A stretch of 64,000 nucleotides of DNA from Acidobacteriota bacterium (GTDB lineage: Bacteria; Acidobacteriota; CAIWXX01), in NCBI GenBank assembly GCA_040755995.1, contig JBFMAF010000049.1:64001-128000 (forward strand), in the 5' to 3' direction. The position numbers and the translations under genes were made by a program. Below are positions 9,519-19,112 of this stretch, one piece after another; positions within the stretch are counted from its first letter, which is position 1; every line of letters starts with the position of its first letter. The notes below the pieces were generated by a model, which did no database searches, had not been told where the DNA came from, and saw nothing but the letters and a program-made list of their open reading frames with translations.

Positions 9519-11057
9519 ATGAGGAGATCAAACTGGATTCCTATCATGTGGCTAGTTGCGAGTTCCTTCGGAAGCTGCAGCGCGCAGTCCACCGGCAAAG
9601 GTCCGCAGGCTGAGGTGCGCGAGCCCGCGGTAGCGGGGCAGTTCTACCCTGGGTCTGCGGCCGCGCTGAAGCTGGCGATGCAGTCGTACGTCTCTGACGC
9701 GGTCGCCCCGCGCACAGGGCGCCCGATCGCGCTGGTCTCGCCGCACGCCGGCTACATCTACTCCGGGCAGATCGCGGCCGACGCTTTCAAGCAGTGCGAG
9801 GGACAGCGGTACAGTACAGTCGTCATTCTGGGGACGAACCACACGACCCCCGACATGCGTAAGGTGGCGGTCTACCCTGGCGCCGGCTTTCGCACGCCGC
9901 TCGGCGTCGCTACGGTCGACAGCTCGCTTGTGGATGCACTGTTGAAGGAGAGCCCCGACTGCGCGCTGGAGGCCGGGCCTCACGCGCGCGAGCACTCGGT
10001 GGAGGTGCAGATCCCGTTCATCCAGGCCGTGCTCCCGGATGCCAAGATCGTCCCGCTGGTCGTGGGCACGCAGGACCTTGGGATCCTTACGCGCTTCGGC
10101 AAGGTCCTGGGCAAGGTGTTGAGCGGACGCGAGGCGCTCGTCGTCGCGAGCTCGGATCTCTCTCACTACCCGGCCTACGACGATGCGGTTCGGGCCGACA
10201 AGCGGACGCTGGAGGCTGTGGCCGCGATGGATCCGGAAGGCTTCGTGTCCGCGACCGACGCCCTGATGCGCAGCAACATCGCGGGCCTCGGCACGTGCGC
10301 GTGCGGGAGCGCGCCGATCATCGTGGCGATGTCGGCGGCGAAGGCGCTCGGAGCCACGCGCGGCATCGTCGTGAGCTACGCGAACTCCGGCGACGTCGCG
10401 ATCGGGGATTCCTCCAGGGTCGTCGGATACGGCGCAGTCGTCTTCACCACGGGTGCCGGCGGGGCCGACACCAGCGTCTTGAACCGCCCGCCCTCCACCT
10501 CGTCGAACGCGCAGTTCAGCCACGAGGACAAGCTGGCGATGCTCGCATTCGCGCGCAAGAGCATCCAGCGGTTTGTCGAGAGCGACACCGTGCCTCTCGC
10601 CCGCAACGTCGACGCGAGGCTTCTGCAGCCGCGCGGTTGCTTCGTGACACTGAAGAAGCACGGCGAGCTTCGCGGGTGCATCGGCCACATGACCGCCGAC
10701 ACGCCGCTCTACAAGCTCGTCGGCACCATGGCGCTCCACGCGGCGTTCAACGACTCGCGTTTCGAGCAGCTGCGGGCGGCGGAGCTCGCCGAGATCGAAA
10801 TCGAGATCTCCGTGCTCACGCTGCCGAAGCCGGTTGCGAGCGCGCGGGACATCGTAGTCGGGCGAGACGGTGTGATCCTGACCAAGGGGAGCCGCACGGC
10901 GGTCTTCCTGCCGCAGGTTGCGACCGAGCAAGGGTGGGACCGCGACGAGATGCTCGATCACCTGTGCGTGAAGGCGGGGTTGTCCCCCGGCGAATGGAAG
11001 CAGGGCGCCGCATTCCAGACGTTCCAGGCCGAGGTCTTCGGCGAGAGCGATCATTAG
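9519..11057 (+). CDS. amrB: AmmeMemoRadiSam protein B (Memo) / protein A (AMMECR1) fusion with signal peptide
   Basis: REPAVAGQFYP, PHAGYIYSG, EHSVEVQ, SSDLSHY; then CFVTL, LRGCIG, EISVLT, FLPQVA. Confidence 0.92.
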   Translation: MRRSNWIPIMWLVASSFGSCSAQSTGKGPQAEVREPAVAGQFYPGSAAALKLAMQSYVSDAVAPRTGRPIALVSPHAGYIYSGQIAADAFKQCEGQRYSTVVILGTNHTTPDMRKVAVYPGAGFRTPLGVATVDSSLVDALLKESPDCALEAGPHAREHSVEVQIPFIQAVLPDAKIVPLVVGTQDLGILTRFGKVLGKVLSGREALVVASSDLSHYPAYDDAVRADKRTLEAVAAMDPEGFVSATDALMRSNIAGLGTCACGSAPIIVAMSAAKALGATRGIVVSYANSGDVAIGDSSRVVGYGAVVFTTGAGGADTSVLNRPPSTSSNAQFSHEDKLAMLAFARKSIQRFVESDTVPLARNVDARLLQPRGCFVTLKKHGELRGCIGHMTADTPLYKLVGTMALHAAFNDSRFEQLRAAELAEIEIEISVLTLPKPVASARDIVVGRDGVILTKGSRTAVFLPQVATEQGWDRDEMLDHLCVKAGLSPGEWKQGAAFQTFQAEVFGESDH

Positions 11058-11131
11058 TGAGGCGTGGCCTCGGACCTGTTAGCTGGGCAAAGATCATCGA
11101 TTTCACCCGACGAGCTCTTGGAGTCAGACGT

Positions 11132-11329
11132 ATGAAGGATCTTATCGTTGAGGAAGTCCGCAAGTACCGGATGGAACACACCCGGAAGTTCGACGGCTGT
11201 TTGAAGGCTATCTGCGAAGACCTGCGGGCCGTTCAGAAGACGTACGGCGTCAAGGTGGTTCGCCTTCCCGCGAGAAGGATGGAGCCTGCCCCGCAGACCG
11301 GCCGGCGGCGGACAAACCCCGCCGCCTGA
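11132..11329 (+). CDS. Small hypothetical protein of the type usually found after PIN-domain genes
   Basis: MKDLIVEEVRKYRMEHTRKFDG...ICEDLR; preceded by an overlapping PIN-tail-like ISPDELLE remnant. Confidence 0.55.
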   Translation: MKDLIVEEVRKYRMEHTRKFDGCLKAICEDLRAVQKTYGVKVVRLPARRMEPAPQTGRRRTNPAA

Positions 11330-11426
11330 TCGTCGGCAGCTCTCAGGCGGCTTTAGGAGAGGGCGCGGCGCGCCGGCTGCATCGACAACATGCACTCACA
11401 CCGTAGGCGCTGAGGCGGGCGGCGAC

Positions 11427-13580
11427 ATGCTGCTGCTGATCGCCATCGGGCTGCTCGCGATCTTGACGCAGGTGGTGCTCATGCGCGAGCTGAGCGCTGC
11501 GTTCTACGGCATCGAGCTGATCTACCTGCTCGCCCTCGGCGCTTGGCTGCTCTGGAACGCCGGTGGGGCTCTCGTCAGCCGCCGAACGCGGGCCCCTTCA
11601 CTCCGGAAAATCGGCGGGCTTCTCGTGCTGCTGGCGATCACCATCCCGCTGGATGTTGCCTTCATCCGCGCAGCGCGACATCTCTTCGGCGGTGTCGCGG
11701 GTGCGTATCTGCCGTTTCCAAGCCAGATCATCGCCATGTGCCTGGCCATGCTGCCCGTGAGCCTGCTCCTGGGACTCCTCTTCCAGTGGGCCGCAAAGCT
11801 CCAGACCGCCCGCGGGCGGACCCTCGCCGTGGCGTACGCGGTGGAGAGCGCCGGAGGAGTCCTCGGCGGGCTGCTGTCAACGATGTTCCTCCTCTGGGGT
11901 GTGCAGAACTTCCTGATCGGGATGCTCTGTGCGACGCTGTCGCTGTGCTACGGCGCGAGCTACCTGGCAGGAGGGAACGCCACGAGGCAGTGGTTTGCCG
12001 CGACAGCGGCGGGGCTGCTCACGCTGCCGCTCCTCTGGAGAGTGAGCGACCTCGATCGCGCCATGACGCGCTGGAACCATCCTGATCTTCTGGATAGCCG
12101 GGACTCCCCGTACGGGCGCATCACAGTGGACAGCACCTTCGGCCAGATGACCGTCTTCGACAATGACGCGCTCTCGTTCGAGAGCGAGGGGACCGACGCG
12201 GAGGTGTTTGCGCACCTCGTCGCGTTGCAGCATCCTGATCCAAAGCGAATATTGACGCTCGGAGGCGGAGTAGAGGGCGTTGTGCACGAGCTATTGAAAC
12301 ACCGTCCGGAGCGAATCGACTACGTCGAGCTCAACGCGGTCACAATCGACCTCGTTCTGCCCAACCTCCCTGAGACGCTACGCAAGTCGGTCGTTGCGCC
12401 TTGCGTGCGCACCATTCTCGGGGATCCTCGAACCTTTCTCCGCGATTCGGAATCCTACGACGTGATCGTTTCGGCAATGGCCCAGCCGACCTCCGGTCAG
12501 GCCAACCGGTTCTACACTGTCGAGTTTTTCCGGCAAGCCGCGGCCCGCCTGCGCCCAGTCGGTGTGCTGGGCTTGCGGCTGCGATCGGCGGAGAATTTCT
12601 GGACGCCGCAGCTGGCGCGGCAGCAGGCGAGCATCGTGCGGGCGATCAGGGCCGCGTTCGCCGATGTCGTCGTGCTGCCGGGGACCTCGAACGTGGTGGT
12701 GGCGTCACAGACCAAGTTGCCTCGGGATCCGCGAGTGCTCGCCGACCGCCTGTCGGCGCGCGGAATCATGGCGCGCCTGATCAGTCCAGCCTATGTCGGC
12801 TATCTCTACCAGAATGATCGGTTCATGGAGATCGCCCGAGTCGTGGACGCCCAGACGGTCCCAGCCAACACCGACAGCCGCCCGATCTGCTACCAGTACA
12901 CGCTCATGATCTGGCTCTCGAAGTTCTTCCCGAGATTGAGTCGCGTGGATCTGTTCGAGATCGTCGATCGCGACAGGTGGGCGTTGCGCCTGCGGTGGCT
13001 TCTTCCGTGCGCGCTGGCGTTGGTTTTCCTACTGAGCCGCCTGCGGCCGGCGATCCGGCGTGCGCTGCTCGTCGCCGCAGCCGGCTTCGCCGGGATGGTG
13101 CTCGAGAGCGTCTTGCTCCTCCACTACCAGCTCAAGAGCGGGGTCGTCTATCAGAACATCGGCGTGCTGCTCATGAGCTTCATGGCCGGGCTCGCGCTGG
13201 GTGCGCTCCTCATGGATCGTTTGGCGAGACGTGGACGGCGGCAGATTCGAAGGTCCCACGGACTCGTGCTGGTGCTCGCATCCGTCGCGACCGCCTCGGC
13301 CGTATGGTGGGGCGTTGGGCGAGGGGTGGGTGGAGGCCTCGCGGGGACAGTCGCGGTCCTCATGGTGACCGGCCTCCTGGTCGCAGCCGTATTCGGATAC
13401 GCGAGCCTCTACCAGGTCGAAGATCAGACCGGAAGCGTCTCGCCGCTCTACGCTGCCGACCTGATCGGCGGTGCGCTGGGATCGGCCGTCGGGAGCCTGA
13501 TGCTCATTCCACTTCTCGGCCTCCCGCTCACCGCCGCGTGTATGGCAGTACTATCGGCCCTGGCGATGCTGTCCCTGTGA
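11427..13580 (+). CDS. Polytopic membrane protein with central spermidine synthase-like SAM-dependent transferase domain
   Basis: Two TM blocks with YAVESAGG / YAADLIGG motifs, DSPYGRI, ILTLGGG, VELN, GDPR, RFYTVEFF. Confidence 0.85.
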   Translation: MLLLIAIGLLAILTQVVLMRELSAAFYGIELIYLLALGAWLLWNAGGALVSRRTRAPSLRKIGGLLVLLAITIPLDVAFIRAARHLFGGVAGAYLPFPSQIIAMCLAMLPVSLLLGLLFQWAAKLQTARGRTLAVAYAVESAGGVLGGLLSTMFLLWGVQNFLIGMLCATLSLCYGASYLAGGNATRQWFAATAAGLLTLPLLWRVSDLDRAMTRWNHPDLLDSRDSPYGRITVDSTFGQMTVFDNDALSFESEGTDAEVFAHLVALQHPDPKRILTLGGGVEGVVHELLKHRPERIDYVELNAVTIDLVLPNLPETLRKSVVAPCVRTILGDPRTFLRDSESYDVIVSAMAQPTSGQANRFYTVEFFRQAAARLRPVGVLGLRLRSAENFWTPQLARQQASIVRAIRAAFADVVVLPGTSNVVVASQTKLPRDPRVLADRLSARGIMARLISPAYVGYLYQNDRFMEIARVVDAQTVPANTDSRPICYQYTLMIWLSKFFPRLSRVDLFEIVDRDRWALRLRWLLPCALALVFLLSRLRPAIRRALLVAAAGFAGMVLESVLLLHYQLKSGVVYQNIGVLLMSFMAGLALGALLMDRLARRGRRQIRRSHGLVLVLASVATASAVWWGVGRGVGGGLAGTVAVLMVTGLLVAAVFGYASLYQVEDQTGSVSPLYAADLIGGALGSAVGSLMLIPLLGLPLTAACMAVLSALAMLSL

Positions 13581-13585
13581 TCTCC

Positions 13586-13614
13586 GACAACTGACAACTG
13601 CCAACTGTCAACTG
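13586..13614. repeat. Degenerate 7-bp tandem repeat (CAACTGN)
   Basis: gacaactgacaactgccaactgtcaactg between convergent genes. Confidence 0.7.
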
Positions 13615-14390
13615 TTCTTACGCACTTTCGGCTGGTTCCTCTCGTAGACGATACGCAGTCCATCGAGCGTCAGGTCCGGGTCGACCTTCTCGATGAGGGG
13701 TGTTTCGGGGGAGAGGACGGTGGCGAGGCCGCCGGTGGCTACCACGGTCCGCGTCTCGTGGTCCTTCTTCATGCGTTCCAGGATGCCCTCGACCAGTCCG
13801 ATGTATCCGTAGAAAAGCCCGCTCTGCATGCTGGTCACGGTGGACTTGCCGATGATGCTGTCCGGCTTGCGGATCTCGACGCGCGGCAGCCTTGCTGCGC
13901 GCTGGAACAGGGCCTCCGCCGAAATCATGATTCCGGGGGCGATAGCCCCTCCGAGGTACTCACCGCGCACGGAGATCGCGTCGAATGTGGTGGCCGTCCC
14001 GAAGTCGACCACGATCGATGGGCCTCCGTATTTCTCGAACGCCGCTACGGCGTTGACGATCCGGTCGGCACCCACTTCCTGAGGGTTGTCGTAGAGGATC
14101 GGCATGCCCGTCTTGATGCCGGGCTCGACCATGAACGCATCGATCTCGAAGTACCGGCGCGCGACGCGTTCGAGGATCGGCGTGAGCGGAGGCACAACGC
14201 AGGAGACCGCGAAGCCGGCCAGCTTGCGCCGATCGATCTCGCTCAGGCTCAGCAGGTTTCTGATCGCGAGTCCATACTCGTCGACCGTGCGCTCGCGCTG
14301 AGTCGATATCCGCCAGTGCGCCATGAGGCGCTTCCCCGCGAAGACGCCCACCACCGTGTGCGTGTTGCCCACATCCAGTGCAAGTAGCAT
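13608..14390 (-). CDS. coaX: Type III pantothenate kinase
   Basis: LALDVGNTHT, VGADR, VDFGTATT, GGAIAPG, VATGG. Confidence 0.95.
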   Translation of the reverse strand: MLLALDVGNTHTVVGVFAGKRLMAHWRISTQRERTVDEYGLAIRNLLSLSEIDRRKLAGFAVSCVVPPLTPILERVARRYFEIDAFMVEPGIKTGMPILYDNPQEVGADRIVNAVAAFEKYGGPSIVVDFGTATTFDAISVRGEYLGGAIAPGIMISAEALFQRAARLPRVEIRKPDSIIGKSTVTSMQSGLFYGYIGLVEGILERMKKDHETRTVVATGGLATVLSPETPLIEKVDPDLTLDGLRIVYERNQPKVRKNS

Positions 14391-14419
14391 TTCGCCTCCA
14401 CCTCCGCTTCGACGGTTTG

Positions 14420-15229
14420 TTAACGCGTGCCCCTCAGGGACGTGATCTGCTCGCCGTACAGTCGCTCCTGCGATCCGTCGCGGCATTCGATGAGGAGCGC
14501 TCCGTCCGGTTCGATCTGGACTACGGTGGCCTGTTCAGCGGCCTTGTCCGGCCGGGACACCAGAATCGGGTCGCCGGGGTGCTGGGCACAGCGCCGGCGG
14601 TACTCTGCGAGCACTCGGTCGGTCCTGCCTTCGCGCAGCAGATCGTAGTTGAGCTCGATTGAGTTGAGAAGCTCCGCAAGGAGCTCCTCCCGCGCGACAC
14701 CCGCTCCGACCCCGATCGCCGTATCCGCGAGATCCGCCGGCCACCCTGCCTCGGGGTCCGCGACATTGACTCCGATCCCGGCCACGACACCGAGGAGCCG
14801 GCCTTCCTGGACCTGCGACTCGACGAGTATGCCCGCGACCTTGCGGTCCTCCAGCATGATGTCGTTCGGCCACTTCAAGGAAGGGGTGAGACCCGCAGCC
14901 GCCTCGATTCCCTGGGCAACCGAAAGCCCGATCGAAAGCGGCAGGATCGACCACGGCTGGAATGTGGGCCGCAGCAGGAGCGACAAGTAGAGGCCGGTGC
15001 CGGGCGGGGAGTACCACCGGTCTCCCTTGCGCCCGCGCCCGCTCGACTGCCTGTCGGCCACCAGCACGAACCCCTCCTCCTCGCCCTCCTCCGCCTTCCG
15101 CAGAACCGCCAGCTGAGTAGAGACGATCTCGCGTACCATTTCAATTTTTCTACCAATGTAGTAAGTCCTCAGCCGTTCTGCGAAAAGCGTCAGGTCGAGG
15201 AAGATATCTTCCAGGGGCATGTCCACCAT
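14420..15229 (-). CDS. birA: Biotin-[acetyl-CoA carboxylase] ligase without HTH
   Basis: QSSGRGR, LKWPND, KVAGILVE, GIGVNV; start 15229 or 15220. Confidence 0.9.
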   Translation of the reverse strand: MVDMPLEDIFLDLTLFAERLRTYYIGRKIEMVREIVSTQLAVLRKAEEGEEEGFVLVADRQSSGRGRKGDRWYSPPGTGLYLSLLLRPTFQPWSILPLSIGLSVAQGIEAAAGLTPSLKWPNDIMLEDRKVAGILVESQVQEGRLLGVVAGIGVNVADPEAGWPADLADTAIGVGAGVAREELLAELLNSIELNYDLLREGRTDRVLAEYRRRCAQHPGDPILVSRPDKAAEQATVVQIEPDGALLIECRDGSQERLYGEQITSLRGTR

Positions 15230-15273
15230 CGCTTCAACCACGAGGCCGTGCGGCGCGCGCCGATCCGCCGGCT

Positions 15274-16116
15274 CTATACGACGAGTGCCATCTCGAAGCT
15301 GATGTCGGCGGCGGGGGCGGAGTGGGTGAGGGCGCCGACCGAAATCCTGTTCACGCCCGTGAGGGCGTAGTCGCGCACGTTCTCCAGGGTGACGCCGCCG
15401 CTCGCTTCGAGTGTGGCTCGCCCGGCGTTTATGCGGACGGCCTCGCGCACCTGGTCGACCGTCATGTTGTCCAGCAGTATGAGCTCGGCCCCCTCTGCCA
15501 GCCCCTCCTGGAGCTCGCCCAGTGTTGCCACTTCGATCTCGATCGGCATGGGCTGGGGTGTCGAGCGCCGGGTTCGAGTGATCGCCTCCCGGATGCCGCC
15601 CGCGATGCGGATGTGGTTGTCCTTGATGAGGATGCCGTCGAAGAGCCCGAACCGGTGATTGCGCCCGCCGCCCATGCGCACCGCGTACTTGTCGATCGGC
15701 CGCAACGTCGGCACGGTCTTGCGGGTGTCTGTGACCTGCGCGGCGGTACCGCGCACAGCCGCCACGAACATGCTCGTGGTGGTGGCGATGCCGCAGAGGT
15801 GCTGCAGGAAGTTGAGCGCTACGCGCTCGCCCGTGAGCAGCGCCGCGGCGCGGCCTTCGATCTCGCACAGTACGTCGCCTCGCGACACCGTCTGACCGTC
15901 GGACTTGGCGGAGTGCACCTGGAGCTGCGGGTCGAGCCGCTTGAAGATGCGGAGGAAGATGTCGAGACCGGCGAGCACGAAGTCGGACTTGGCACATGCC
16001 TGGCCCCGCGCGCGCTCGTCGCCCTGCAGCACGAGCTGTGTAGTCAGGTCCCCGTGTCCGATGTCCTCCTTGAGGGCGGCATCGATCAGGTTGTCGAGGT
16101 ACTGGGAGTGGGTCAC
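15274..16116 (-). CDS. nadC: Quinolinate phosphoribosyltransferase
   Basis: EDIGHGDLTT, DTRKT, HRFGL, LIKDNH, EASGG; GTG overlaps the valS stop. Confidence 0.95.
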   Translation of the reverse strand: MTHSQYLDNLIDAALKEDIGHGDLTTQLVLQGDERARGQACAKSDFVLAGLDIFLRIFKRLDPQLQVHSAKSDGQTVSRGDVLCEIEGRAAALLTGERVALNFLQHLCGIATTTSMFVAAVRGTAAQVTDTRKTVPTLRPIDKYAVRMGGGRNHRFGLFDGILIKDNHIRIAGGIREAITRTRRSTPQPMPIEIEVATLGELQEGLAEGAELILLDNMTVDQVREAVRINAGRATLEASGGVTLENVRDYALTGVNRISVGALTHSAPAADISFEMALVV

Positions 16117-18728
16117 GTGATCCTCCGCAGGATGGCTTCCAGTTTCTCTTTGCGCGCGACCAGGTCCCGGTGGCGCTGCTGCGCCTCCTGAACGACTTTC
16201 TCCGGGGCCTTCGAGAGGAAATCTTGATTGTCCAGCTTCCTGTTCAAGAGGGCGATCTCGTCCTCTGCCTTCGCCAGTTCCCGCTCGACGCGGGTCCGCT
16301 CGGCCTCCAGGTCGCCGGCGTCCACGATCGGGATCGATATTTCGGTCGTTCCGGCCACACCCCGGAGCGAGGCTTTGTCTTCGGGCAAATGCTCCAGGAT
16401 CGACAGCGCCTTGGCGCGACACAGTGTTGCGATGTAGCTCTGCATGGACTGCCAGAAGACGCGCTCCTGGAGCAGCGGCGAGCCCAGGACGAGGTCGATC
16501 TTCCGCGCGGGATCGATGCTGTTCTCCGAGCGCAGGTTTCGGACGGCGGTGATCAGCGCCTGGAGCGACTCCATTTTCCGGATCACATCCAGGTCGACCT
16601 CCGATTCCTGCGCCGCCGGGTACCGGCTCAGCATGAGCGCCGGCTCGGAGTGGGGGAGCTTCTGGTAGAGCTCTTCGGTGATGAACGGCATGAACGGGTG
16701 GAGCAGGCGGAGGACGTTGCGGAGCGACCGGAGCAGCACGACGGCGGACACGTTCGCTTCCTTTGCGATGAGCTGCGGCTTCACGAGCTCGATGTACCAG
16801 TCGCAGAACTCGTGCCAGAGGAAATGATAAAGAGTCTCGGCGGCCTCGTGGAACCGGTATCCGGCAAGGGCGGTGTTGACGGAGATCGCGACCTGGTTGG
16901 TCCGTGAGGTGATCCATCGGTCGGCAAATGTCAGCTCTCCCGTGATGCCTTCGTCGAGATTCTCGGGAAGGTTGATCATCACGAAGCGCGCGGCGTTCCA
17001 GAGCTTGTTGGCAAAGGCGCGGTAGCCCTTCAGCCTGCCGGGATGCAGAGGGATGTCGGTGCCCGCGACCGCCTGTATGGCCAGCGTGAAACGCATGGCA
17101 TCCGCTCCATACTCCGCCATGAGACGCTCGGGCTCGATCGCGTTGCCCTTGCTCTTGCTCATCTTCTGCCCCTCGGCGTCTCGAATGAGCCCGGTCAAGA
17201 ACACCTCGCGGAACGGGACTTCATTGGTGAACTTGAGCCCCATCATTATCATCCGGGCCACCCAGAAGAAGATGATGTCGTAGGCGGTGATGAGCAGGTC
17301 GGTGGGGTAGTAGCGGGTGAGGTCGGGCGTCTGCGCCGGCCACCCCAGCGTGCTGAACGGCCACAGTGCCGAGCTGAACCAGGTGTCGAGCACGTCCTCG
17401 TCCTGCTGCAGCCGCGAGCCGCCGCACGTGCACCGGCCCGGGTCGGCCACCTCGCACAGCACGTTGCCGCAGTCCTCGCAGTACCAGACCGGAATCCGGT
17501 GCCCCCACCAGAGCTGGCGCGATATGCACCAGTCGCGGATGTTGTCGAGCCACTCGAAGTAGGTCTTGGCCCAATTCTCGGGAACGAGGCGAACCCGTCC
17601 GTCGCGAACGGCTGCGATCGCGGGCTCGGCGAGGGGCTTCATCTTGACGAACCACTGCTTCGAAAGCGTCGGCTCGACCGTCGTGTCGCATCGCTGGCAA
17701 TGGCCGACCATGTGCTGGTGGTCTTCGATCTTGACCAGCAGCTTCTCCTTCTTCAGCCGCTGGACGATCTCCTTGCGGGCCTGGAAGCGATCCTTGCCGG
17801 CGTACTCGCCGGCGTTTTCGTTCATCTTGCCCGTTCCGTCCATGACGACAGGGGCGGGCAGCGAGTGCCGCCTGCCGACTTCGAAGTCGTTGGGATCGTG
17901 TGCCGGTGTGACTTTCACTACACCTGTTCCGAACTCACGGTCCACGAAATCGTCCTCGACGATCGGTATTTCGCGGCCCATGATCGGGAGCACCACGAGC
18001 GCGTCCTTCAGCGGCGCTGCACGCTCGTCGTCCGGATGCATCGCGACAGCAGTGTCGCCGAGCATCGTCTCGGGGCGTGTCGTGGCCACGACCACATAGT
18101 CGCGGCTGCCCTTGACCGGGTACTTGATGTAATAGAGCTTCCCTGCGGTATCCTTCGGGATGACTTCCAGATCCGAGAGCGCCGTCTGACAGCGCGGGCA
18201 CCAGTTGACGATGTACTCGCCGCGGTAGATGAGCCCTTCTCTGTACAAGCTCACGAACACCGTGCGCACCGCGTGCGAGAGGGCTGGGTCCATGGTGAAA
18301 CGTTCGCGGCTCCAGTCGCAGCTCGATCCGAGGCTGCGCAGCTGTCGGGTGATGCGCCCGCCGTACTCCTCGCGCCACTTCCACACCCGCTCGAGGAAAC
18401 GCGCCCGCCCGAGCTCCTTGCGCGAAGTCTTCTCCTGGTGGAGCTGCCGCTCGACCACCATTTGAGTCGCGATTCCCGCATGGTCGGTGCCGGGCAGCCA
18501 CAGGGCGGCGTAGCCGTTCATTCGCTTCCAACGCGTGACGATGTCGTGAAGAGTGTACTGGAGGGCGTGGCCCATGTGGAGCGAGCCGGTGATGTTGGGC
18601 GGGGGAATCGAAATGGAGAACCGTGGGCCGGTGTCGCTTGCCGGTGCGAACCAGCCGCCGCTCTCCCAGAATTCATAAATGCGTTTTTCGAAATCCTGAG
18701 GTTCGTATGACTTGGCAAGCCTATCCAA
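16113..18728 (-). CDS. valS: Valine-tRNA ligase
   Basis: PPPNITGSLHMGH, KMSKS, DWCISRQLWWGH, C-terminal coiled coil. Confidence 0.97.
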   Translation of the reverse strand: MDRLAKSYEPQDFEKRIYEFWESGGWFAPASDTGPRFSISIPPPNITGSLHMGHALQYTLHDIVTRWKRMNGYAALWLPGTDHAGIATQMVVERQLHQEKTSRKELGRARFLERVWKWREEYGGRITRQLRSLGSSCDWSRERFTMDPALSHAVRTVFVSLYREGLIYRGEYIVNWCPRCQTALSDLEVIPKDTAGKLYYIKYPVKGSRDYVVVATTRPETMLGDTAVAMHPDDERAAPLKDALVVLPIMGREIPIVEDDFVDREFGTGVVKVTPAHDPNDFEVGRRHSLPAPVVMDGTGKMNENAGEYAGKDRFQARKEIVQRLKKEKLLVKIEDHQHMVGHCQRCDTTVEPTLSKQWFVKMKPLAEPAIAAVRDGRVRLVPENWAKTYFEWLDNIRDWCISRQLWWGHRIPVWYCEDCGNVLCEVADPGRCTCGGSRLQQDEDVLDTWFSSALWPFSTLGWPAQTPDLTRYYPTDLLITAYDIIFFWVARMIMMGLKFTNEVPFREVFLTGLIRDAEGQKMSKSKGNAIEPERLMAEYGADAMRFTLAIQAVAGTDIPLHPGRLKGYRAFANKLWNAARFVMINLPENLDEGITGELTFADRWITSRTNQVAISVNTALAGYRFHEAAETLYHFLWHEFCDWYIELVKPQLIAKEANVSAVVLLRSLRNVLRLLHPFMPFITEELYQKLPHSEPALMLSRYPAAQESEVDLDVIRKMESLQALITAVRNLRSENSIDPARKIDLVLGSPLLQERVFWQSMQSYIATLCRAKALSILEHLPEDKASLRGVAGTTEISIPIVDAGDLEAERTRVERELAKAEDEIALLNRKLDNQDFLSKAPEKVVQEAQQRHRDLVARKEKLEAILRRIT

Positions 18729-18993
18729 TTGCTGACTCCTCGACGCCAGCTAGCTGGCGGTCTGATCCGTAATGACTGTGCAGCGTCGGGCTGGGGACAA
18801 GCGCAGGATCGGCCGGCGGCATCCGCTGCCAGTGAGCAGACGGAGGAAGCGTTTGACCCCTCATCTGGAAGATGCCACGCAAGTGGTCGCGCACGGGACA
18901 GCTGGGATGCAACCCACCGCTAGCGAGGCTGCGCCTCAGACCCACGGGGCATGTCACGGTTGGAGCGGCGCAGCCTCGCGTCGAGAGTCGAGA

Positions 18994-19058
18994 GTCGAAG
19001 GTCGAAAGTAAAAACCGTGGGAATTGACGGCCAATGACGCACCGCTCCAAGAATTTGA
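18994..19058 (+). repeat. ~65-bp dispersed repeat, copy 1
   Basis: Aligns by eye to the reverse complement of 43444-43509; identical 18-bp core AAAACCGTGGGAATTGAC. Confidence 0.75.
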
Positions 19059-19112
19059 CTCAATCGCAACAACTTCTTCGCCTCAAGCCGCCCGACGCGC
19101 CCAGTGCAGCGG

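Noticed and set aside
14420..16917. Apparent 525-aa BirA and 547-aa NadC N-terminal fusions
   Set aside because: The extensions overlap neighbouring genes in other frames; real starts are near 15229 and 16116.
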